A DNA stretch of 64,000 nt from Candidatus Bathyarchaeota archaeon (lineage in GTDB: Archaea; Thermoproteota; Bathyarchaeia; TCS64), in assembly GCA_963771885.1 (NCBI GenBank), contig CAVYVF010000022.1, forward strand, positions 332,668-396,667. Direction: 5' to 3'. The translations under genes and the position numbers were made by a program. Below are positions 31,356 through 39,298 of the stretch, piece after piece. A model generated the notes under the pieces. That model searched no databases. It was not told the origin of the DNA and saw only the letters and a program-made list of their open reading frames with translations. The stretch's first letter is position 1. Every line of letters begins with the position of its first letter.

Positions 31356-32325
31356 TCATTTAAAACTTCGAGCCATCTTAAAGACATCGAGGAAACCCAT
31401 CCTCATGTCCATTCTCCTACGAGAATTCTCTAATAGGACACGGGCATCCAACAAGTTCAGTGGACGACCGTTAGCGAGTTTGTCAACTACCTTTCTCTCT
31501 CTATCAAGCCAGCTGAATTCCCTAAGGATTTCACCAGTGTAACCTTCGGGATCATCCCAATTATTTAGAAGAATTTGTACGCTTTTCATAGAGGTAACGA
31601 TGCCGTCGCCGACTAGTGGAGAGACACATCCTATTGCCTCTCCTACTCCCCAGATTTGAGGTGCGTCCCTCAACCACAAAGGGTATTGAGGCACCCGGCG
31701 CCGACAGGCGAACCACTCCTCTGCAACCGCAGACTGGCTCGTTAACCTTCCAGCCTGCCAGCGTTGTGCCATCGTAACTATTCGCAGGGTCATCGTTAAT
31801 ACATCCAAAACCGATGTGAACGTGGTCTCCGAGTGGAAAATGCCAGGCATACCCGACCCCGCCGAGTTTTATCTTGATCTCATCTGACTCATCCGATTTC
31901 TTGACCTTGAATTGGATGCACGACATCAATAGGTCATTCTGAATCGGGGGTAAGAAAGCTCTCGCCACTCCGGTTGCATCAATAATTCGGTCATAATCAG
32001 AGGGGTTAAGGGGGCCATGCTTTACCTTTGCCGATTGAGATAACGCCTTGACCCACCGTGGCTTGTCAAAGGTGATGAAGTCAGCCTTAACTTTGAAGTC
32101 GTCGAAAATCATGTGGTCATATCTACTGATGATGTAGTCCTCGGGGTCAAGACCAGCTTCCTTGACCAGCTCGCGGAAGCCTAGTGATGTACCCCAGGCA
32201 CATGAGTGAATACCGCAGGCAGTATCATTATGCCTCTCGTAGACGTCGGGGGAGAATCCCTCCTCTCTGAGGAGCCTGTAAAGATACGCGCCGGCTACGC
32301 CGAGGCCTGCGATGGCTATCCTCAG
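31356..32325 (-). CDS. FAD-dependent oxidoreductase, geranylgeranyl reductase-like; CTG start, frameshift near 31668
   Basis: Rossmann motif LRIAIAGLGVAG, CAWG, GYAWHFP, GEAIGCVSPLVGDGI; GGAGGT upstream of CTG 32325. Confidence 0.82.
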
Positions 32326-32604
32326 ATTCTCTACCTCCTAGATAGAGGAACCCTCATAGGCAGTATTATAATTATGGTAAAAGTAACCAAATATTTAGCT
32401 TTTACGCTCGAAGAGTTTTATAAATTGAGGAGAACAGACTTACGGACATAGTATTTAGACCATTTGTGAAAGAGAATAACCAATAATATCTGAAATTGTT
32501 CAAAGTGACCTTGAGTAGTAAAGAAACATTAATATGAACTAAAAATAAGAACAATTTGGACGCAATCTTATTAATCACGATTACCGATGCTACTATGCTA
32601 CATT

Positions 32605-33547
32605 ATGTATCAGGGGTATAGCATTGCAGTCGTTGTTCCAGCATACAATGAAGAGCTATTAATTGCGCAGACGTTAAAATCGATCCCTGATTATATCGAT
32701 AAAATTTACGCAGTAGATGATGGTTCAAACGACCGGACCCTAGATATAATCGAGGAAATTGCATCAAAAAATAAACAAATAATACCGATAAGTCATGAGG
32801 TGAATCGTCGGGGTAGGCGCATCCATTGTATCAGGCTACAAAAATAGCCTGAGAGACAACATAGACATAACTGTAGTAATGGCTGGCGATGCACAGATGG
32901 ACCCCATGCACATCCCACAGCTCATACAACCTATACTTGAAAACAAGGCAGATTATACTAAGGGAAACCGATTACTCAAAGTATCCCACATGAAGGGTAT
33001 GAGCCCCTTCAGGAGAATTGGGAACTCGATTCTAACTATGCTCACAAAGGTATCCTCTGGATACTACGACCTCATGGATCCCCAAAACGGATACACCGCT
33101 ATAACCAAGAGAGCGCTCGCAACAATCGAGCTCGAAGAGATCTACCCAAAATACGGTTACTGTAACGATCTTTTATGCAAACTGAACGTTTTCAACTTCT
33201 CAGTTGTGGATGTAGCTATACCTGCAAAATACGGAAGCGAAAAATCAAAGATAAAATACGGTCGCTATATAGTCAAGGTATCCTGGCTGCTCCTCAACAA
33301 CTTCCTCTATCGGCAGAAAATGAAGTACATTTTCCAAGATCTAAGCCCTATCCCATTCCTGTTCCTTCTTGGAGTAATATTAACTCCTTATGGGCTATTC
33401 ACTCTGGTAAATGGCCACTTTAACCCGGCTTTCGGCATGTCGTTGCCAATAATTATACTGGGGCTACAACTAACGCTAATAGCAACTTTCCTTGACATCA
33501 ATTATAGCAAATATAACCATAAACCGAAGAAACAGAAAAAAATCTGA
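32605..33547 (+). CDS. Glycosyltransferase family 2 (dolichol-phosphate sugar synthase-like), frameshift near 32810
   Basis: VVVPAYNEE, VDDGS, joined NRGVGASIVSGY..MAGDAQMDP, DPQNGYTAI; C-terminal TM segments. Confidence 0.88.
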
Positions 33548-33607
33548 CGGTTAATAATATTATTTATTGGAAAGCGTTATATCTACATCGTATAGTGGGG
33601 AGTAATA

Positions 33608-34288
33608 TTGAATACGTTAAGTATTTTATTAGGCTTTTTATTATTATTTTTCGGTTTTTCTATAATCTTGGTCGGCTGGAAGATTCATCGGCAAATGATT
33701 GGTCTGGCGGGGTTCATCACAGGAGCATTGATTGGTAACTTTATTTACGTGGAGATTCTTCGCCAAGATTTCTTTGTATTCCAGTTAGTACTTGTTCCAC
33801 TCGTAGGTGTTGCCTTTCTTATTATTTTTCTCGTTTACGAAAGGTGGGCGCTATCGATTACGGGAGGCGTCGTCGGTGCATTGGTAATATCTGGTTTCAC
33901 TTCAACTCGTGTCTTAATTGATTGGGATGCTGAGACCCCGATATTTGCCCCTCACTACAATTATGTCGCTCTTTTCGCTGCATTTCTCGTGTTTTTTTAT
34001 CTCAGTCATAAATTCTTCAAATTAGGCTATATTTTCCTCTCAACGTTCATAGGTTCAATATTTATCGCCTATGGTGGGGTAGGGATAGGCTTTTGGAGTT
34101 ATGATAATCTTGGTCTTTTCCTCCTCCTTTCAATATTAACAGGCATCATTATTCAACTTCACAGCGAAGGTGAGGTGAAAGAGCGTCTGCTGAGGATCAA
34201 TGATTACAAGTACTGTATATCATGTGGAAATCAACTTAAACCTGGGACGTTAAAGTGTCCTCGTTGTGGGAAAAATAACAATTATTGA
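33608..34288 (+). CDS. Membrane protein (DUF4203-like) with C-terminal zinc ribbon
   Basis: Several Gly-rich TM segments; CISCG..CPRCG. Confidence 0.7.
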   Translation: MNTLSILLGFLLLFFGFSIILVGWKIHRQMIGLAGFITGALIGNFIYVEILRQDFFVFQLVLVPLVGVAFLIIFLVYERWALSITGGVVGALVISGFTSTRVLIDWDAETPIFAPHYNYVALFAAFLVFFYLSHKFFKLGYIFLSTFIGSIFIAYGGVGIGFWSYDNLGLFLLLSILTGIIIQLHSEGEVKERLLRINDYKYCISCGNQLKPGTLKCPRCGKNNNY

Positions 34289-34349
34289 AAAATTTGGTTT
34301 GTTAGTAGTTTTTTTAGATTAAATGGCTTCTATCCTAATTAGGACCTAC

Positions 34350-36248
34350 TTAGCCTTGATTTGAAGTCTCTGCCCCATCCCGGGTTTTAGGTTTTTGTGG
34401 TATCTCGTTGTACAGCTGTAGGGGTAGAATTATCTTCATCGTTGTGCCAATTCCTAACTCGGATACGATCTCAAGATCTCCCCCATGGGCTTTGATAATC
34501 TTACGACTTGAGGCGAGTTCTGGATGATCGCTGCTGGTTTGTGAGGTTTTAGAGCTCAGCGGTATTCCTATACCCGAGTTTTTGATCTCGATGACCAAAT
34601 GGTCTCCTTCGTTCGTGGTAGAGATTTTTAGTAAGCCTTTACTGGGTAACATCTCAACAGCATTTGTGAGGATGTTGATGAGCGCATGACCCATCTTTCC
34701 TCGGTCAATTCTTATTATCTGTTTTTCGAGGGCTAGATGGACATCAATATCTGATGGGACGAGGATCGTTGATACGATTATGTCGATTAGGTTGGCGATG
34801 TCAACCTCTTCGAGATCAAGTCTCTCGGGTGTCGCTGTTTCATGGACTTGGCTCATTAATGTCGAAGCATTTTCAACTGCGTCGAGAATCGTGTGCTTCA
34901 TTTCCTCACATTTTTCTGGTTTAGCATCCATCAAGTAGATTGCGTTAACAATTGTGTTTAATGTTCCCTTTAGCTCGTTTATGATTGAGTGTTTGAATGC
35001 GTCTTCATCTAGAATCTTTTCGGACTCTAGTATTGTCATCGTGTTCTCCTTTTCTAGGAGTTCAACATTTGAAGAGTACTTCTTTATGTCTGTCTCTAAC
35101 TTCTTCCTCTCGGTGATGTCTCTAACGAAGAGTAGGATCTCAGTCATTTCGTTTTCTATCTTCACTGCACTTGCACGGCCTTCTCCCCAGCCGGTTTTTC
35201 CTTCCTTATGGATCCACTGGAACTCTACGGTTGGGATTGAGCCACCTCTAAGGAGATCGTAGAACACTCTGACGAATTTGGGTATGTCCAGAGCTCTTAT
35301 CGTTTTAATTGACCATACTTTTTTTCCTACGATTTCTTGAGCCGAATATCCGGTGATCCGTGAGAATTCCTCATTTATCCAGGTAATATCTCCATTACGC
35401 GTCACCGTCATTATTCCATCGGGTGCTAATTCGACGAGTGTACGGAATTTTATCTCTGATTTCTTAATTTTTGTTTCAAACGCCTTTCTTTCGGTGATGT
35501 CTCTTAGGAAGCATAAAATCCCCTTTTCTCCGAGGAAGTCTATAACACTTGCATTGATTACTACGGGTAGTAGTTTTCCGTTACTCTTTTTGATCTCGAG
35601 GTCGAAATCTAGCTGATTTTGTGTTCCATCGAGGAGGCTCTTGACTGCTTGTTCTGCCTCCCTTTTATCGATGCCGAAGAGAAGATCTATGCCGGTTTTC
35701 CCAAGTATTTTGCCATCTGAGGAAGCCTCCAGTAGGTTGAGTAGTGCATCGTTAACAAACGCTACTTTTCCATCAACGAGAATGGCGATGGAATCTTTCG
35801 CGTCTTTTACAATGTGGCTGTATACGTTCTCGATTCTCTGCTTCTCTACGATGTTTCGTATCCGCTTTGCAATTACCTGGTAGTGTTGAGGTATCACTTC
35901 TTTGCGGAAATAGTCGTTTATCCCTACTGCAAACGCTTTCTCGGCTACTTCTTCGCTTCCTTGGCCGGTGTAGATGATGATTGGTATAGAGCTCTCTTTT
36001 CTTATTTCTTTGGCGAGGTCTATGCCGTTCATGTTGGGCATCTGGAAGTCGGTTATGATACAGTCGTAGTCGTTTGAGCGTAGCACTTCGGTTACTTTGA
36101 GGGAATCATTTATCGAGTTAACTTCGATTTGGTTGTCAAAGGTTTGTATTAACTCTTTGAGCATGTTTAGTTGCCACTCGTCATCATCTACGTGAAGCAC
36201 CTTGATCGGCTTGGATGATTGCCGGAATGGCATTGCATCTGAGAGCAC
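34350..36248 (-). CDS. REC-PAS-PAS hybrid sensor with degenerate kinase core (pseudokinase)
   Basis: Paralog of 28032-29898; H-box reads IINELKGTL, D-box NSGIG, no GxGLGL box. Confidence 0.85.
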   Translation of the reverse strand: MLSDAMPFRQSSKPIKVLHVDDDEWQLNMLKELIQTFDNQIEVNSINDSLKVTEVLRSNDYDCIITDFQMPNMNGIDLAKEIRKESSIPIIIYTGQGSEEVAEKAFAVGINDYFRKEVIPQHYQVIAKRIRNIVEKQRIENVYSHIVKDAKDSIAILVDGKVAFVNDALLNLLEASSDGKILGKTGIDLLFGIDKREAEQAVKSLLDGTQNQLDFDLEIKKSNGKLLPVVINASVIDFLGEKGILCFLRDITERKAFETKIKKSEIKFRTLVELAPDGIMTVTRNGDITWINEEFSRITGYSAQEIVGKKVWSIKTIRALDIPKFVRVFYDLLRGGSIPTVEFQWIHKEGKTGWGEGRASAVKIENEMTEILLFVRDITERKKLETDIKKYSSNVELLEKENTMTILESEKILDEDAFKHSIINELKGTLNTIVNAIYLMDAKPEKCEEMKHTILDAVENASTLMSQVHETATPERLDLEEVDIANLIDIIVSTILVPSDIDVHLALEKQIIRIDRGKMGHALINILTNAVEMLPSKGLLKISTTNEGDHLVIEIKNSGIGIPLSSKTSQTSSDHPELASSRKIIKAHGGDLEIVSELGIGTTMKIILPLQLYNEIPQKPKTRDGAETSNQG

Positions 36249-36492
36249 AGTAACTGGTAATAAAACGATTAACTATCTCGAATCTATATTACCACTTCAT
36301 AATGGGAAGTTGATTTTGTGTACTTCAAGAAGATTGTAGCGCCGTACTTGACATTTAATATTTTACATGTTTATAATGTTGATCATAAAACGATTCTATC
36401 TAAATAGGATACTGATTATAGGTAAGAAATAGATGTCCCGATAGATTATATATAATATCGCTCTATTATCGATTAAGAAAGAGGTATATTTG

Positions 36493-36648
36493 ATGACCAC
36501 CAACTGTGTGAAATGCCAGGAAAAACTGGTGAACTTCATAGCCTATCTGCCCAACCAGGGTGAGGTTTGTATAAGTTGTTACAGGGACTATGCAGTTAAA
36601 GAAGAAGCGAAAACGCTTGTGAAGAACCCTCGCACTAAGAATCACTAA
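36493..36648 (+). CDS. 51-aa CxxC-x17-CxxC microprotein (not in ORF track)
   Basis: GAGGT upstream; MTTNCVKCQEKLVNFIAYLPNQGEVCISCYRDYAVKEEAKTLVKNPRTKNH; paralog at 21872. Confidence 0.75.
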   Translation: MTTNCVKCQEKLVNFIAYLPNQGEVCISCYRDYAVKEEAKTLVKNPRTKNH

Positions 36649-36694
36649 TCCAGAAACCTATTAATTTCTATCGTTGATTCTGTAGGGTGCGAGA

Positions 36695-36769
36695 GCCGGG
36701 TTGGCTGAGTAGTTAGGCGACTGCCTGCAAAGCAGTAGCACGGAGGTTCAATTCCTTCGCCCGGCTCCA
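36695..36769 (+). tRNA. tRNA-Cys (GCA), intron-less, CCA encoded
   Basis: Acceptor GCCGGGT/GCCCGGC, anticodon arm ACTGC-CTGCAAA-GCAGT, T arm GGAGG-TTCAATT-CCTTC, U73 discriminator. Confidence 0.95.
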
Positions 36770-36880
36770 ATTAACACTTCCAATTTAAGCCCTGTTTCAT
36801 TTGGCGTGCGCGGTAGTGGGTTAATGAAATGAAGAACTTTTATAATCTCACGGTATTAGCCTCGAAGCAGGGCGGGGTAG

Positions 36881-38536
36881 ATGAGTTTGGGTAAGACTAG
36901 TTTGTATTTGGTATTTGGTGTGCTCGCACTATCTATTGTGCTGAATGGTTGCCTTTCAGAGGCTGTTTATGCCATAGATTCGTATACTTATGATTCAAGC
37001 ATAAAGGAGGAGAATTTTATTCTTCACTCTCTTGATAATCCAGTTTTTGTCGGTGGGCAGGAAACGAAGTATGTTATGGATACTAACTTCGTCTATGGCT
37101 TTAAGACCCTGGAGCAGGCTAGGCTAGGTTCATTATTCAAGCCAATAGGTCTACCGAAGAGCTCGCTGAACTTTTTCCTGTCCGCTCCGCTGACCAAGCC
37201 TCTGGAGCTTAGCGGGCAGTGGAAGGCGTCGATATGGGTCAACAGCACAGCGTACAAGCCAGTTGGATTCACTGTTGAGTTGATCGAGATATCTTCGTCT
37301 GGGAGCGTGATCTACGATACTGGCCAGCAGTCACCCATCGTGATTTCGAGTATTGGAGAGCACCTGGACGTTCAGGTGACTAATTACGTGCTTGTTTCAC
37401 CGATCAACCACGTCTTCCAGGAGGGGTCGGCAATAGAGGTGAGAGTCGAAGTGAACGCGGGTTCAAGCAGCGAGACCCGGATATGGTTTGACTCCCCGAT
37501 GTATCCGAGCAAAGTGATACTGCCCTGTATGGATTACGCTCGACCTGTATCGATGAAGACGTATAATTGGGAGGGTGTAAGGACCGACGCATTCGACGTT
37601 GACGCTACATCGGATAAGAGGATTGTTGAGATCTCTGCTAATGTAACCGACCCCTTTGGCGGTTATGATGTGGCTTCAGTCGAGTTGGAAATTTATTATA
37701 ATGGTACGCAGCGTGTGGCGGGACCCATGATTATGACCCTCGTAGACTCCGAGATAGGTCAACGCCTCTACTCGATAAACTGGACCTATCCATCAAATAT
37801 GTTGAGGGGTAACTACTCGGCAGTCATATCCGTAGTTGACAATAATGGGGCCTATTTTGAGAAGCAAAACGGGAGCCCCGACCCATTCATAGAAGAGGCG
37901 ACGCATCCCTTCAGCCTCGGCCCCATTGTATACTACAACCCTCTGATAACCATAAGGGACTCAGATGGGGATCCTGTGCCGGAGGCACAAGTATTTGTGA
38001 GTTATCCAAACGTCGCCCGAGACGAGTTGCCGCTTCTCACGGATATGAATGGAACGATTGTACTTACGAAGGTCGTACCCGCTAATTATACGCTTACAGT
38101 GATCTGGAAGAATAGCGTGGTAGCACACTCGGGAGTATACGTCAACTCTGACGGGCCTTTCAACGTATCAGCGAATGTGTACTCACTTACAGTAAATGTT
38201 GTTGATAACGTTGACAAACCCGTTACCGAAGCGTATGTTTTCGCCTACAGGGATAATCTTGGATACGGTTTTGGGACAACCGATGAAGAAGGCGTTGTGG
38301 TCTTCAAGGTTCCTAGTGGCATCTATGACCTTGAGACTCATTTCTCATCGACCTATCTGCTCAGCCATGTCTCATCGAACTCCACTAAGCCAGATCTTTC
38401 TATCGGGGAATCGACACAGATTACCTTAAAGTTAAACGATTATCCTCCGCCGCTATGGACAACTACAGGGTTTTTGGTCGTGCTAGCGGGAGCAGTTCTG
38501 CTAGTGATGATCCTGATGATCATCAGACGTAATTAA
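36881..38536 (+). CDS. Exported, C-terminally anchored surface protein with carboxypeptidase-regulatory-like beta domains
   Basis: Signal peptide; repeats of D..G.PV.EA.V..TD..G; C-terminal TM followed by RRN. Confidence 0.75.
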   Translation: MSLGKTSLYLVFGVLALSIVLNGCLSEAVYAIDSYTYDSSIKEENFILHSLDNPVFVGGQETKYVMDTNFVYGFKTLEQARLGSLFKPIGLPKSSLNFFLSAPLTKPLELSGQWKASIWVNSTAYKPVGFTVELIEISSSGSVIYDTGQQSPIVISSIGEHLDVQVTNYVLVSPINHVFQEGSAIEVRVEVNAGSSSETRIWFDSPMYPSKVILPCMDYARPVSMKTYNWEGVRTDAFDVDATSDKRIVEISANVTDPFGGYDVASVELEIYYNGTQRVAGPMIMTLVDSEIGQRLYSINWTYPSNMLRGNYSAVISVVDNNGAYFEKQNGSPDPFIEEATHPFSLGPIVYYNPLITIRDSDGDPVPEAQVFVSYPNVARDELPLLTDMNGTIVLTKVVPANYTLTVIWKNSVVAHSGVYVNSDGPFNVSANVYSLTVNVVDNVDKPVTEAYVFAYRDNLGYGFGTTDEEGVVVFKVPSGIYDLETHFSSTYLLSHVSSNSTKPDLSIGESTQITLKLNDYPPPLWTTTGFLVVLAGAVLLVMILMIIRRN

Positions 38537-38584
38537 GATTAGCTATCAATCACAACTTTTTTTGACCATGTCGTGCGCGCGTAT

Positions 38585-39037
38585 TTATGGGTAGAAGTGG
38601 ACTATCTTCGTCGGCACGACCCTTAACGTGACTTGGGTCTCTTCATCGAACTCGGGGTTGTAAGATGGCTCCTTATGATACTTGCCAAAGACCCAGCGTA
38701 GATACTCGTCATGGCCCTCCTCGGGCTTAAAGCCTAGCTCAGCCAGCCCGTAGACCAACGCATACTTGGATGGGATGTCACCTTCGTCCCAGGTCTTTGT
38801 GCCCTGCATGAGGAATGAGAGTGAAACGTTCTTGTTCCGTTTGATGTTTTCCACCCTCTTTGATTTTTTTATGGATACGAAGTAGAAGGCGTCGTCTCTG
38901 TAGTTGTACCATATCGGTGCAGCGTGGATGGTGCCATCCTTGTTATGGCTGCAGAGGATGGTTGTGTAAGATTCCTTGAATAGGTTCTGTATATCATCCT
39001 GTGTCATTTTGTTACTACTCAATAGATCCACTTCCAT
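38585..39037 (-). CDS. Pyridoxamine 5'-phosphate oxidase-family (split-barrel flavin/F420-binding) protein
   Basis: SHNKDGTIHAAPIWY..SKRVENIKRNKNVSL. Confidence 0.85.
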   Translation of the reverse strand: MEVDLLSSNKMTQDDIQNLFKESYTTILCSHNKDGTIHAAPIWYNYRDDAFYFVSIKKSKRVENIKRNKNVSLSFLMQGTKTWDEGDIPSKYALVYGLAELGFKPEEGHDEYLRWVFGKYHKEPSYNPEFDEETQVTLRVVPTKIVHFYP

Positions 39038-39098
39038 AATGCTATTGCATTTCTCGGCTTTTAAGGGTCATGTGCTCGCTTTTTTGACGTGTGCGCGC

Positions 39099-39200
39099 AA
39101 TTCTCGTCCAGCTCAGTCACCGAAGTTCTGTAAGTATTGTGGTGGCGCCCTTTCGGCTAACAGTGTTTATTGTCCCCAATGTGGGAAAAAAGTAGAATGA
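39099..39200 (+). pseudogene. Orphan C-terminal zinc-ribbon gene fragment
   Basis: PKFCKYCGGALSANSVYCPQCGKKVE-stop with no convincing start; begins right after a GTGTGCGCGC tract. Confidence 0.5.
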
Positions 39201-39298
39201 GTTCACGTGCTCGCGGGATGAATGTGCATACATAGCATTCATTTATATCTGCATTCAATGAAATCTTTACAATACTTTCTCCTAACGATGGTGGTCAA

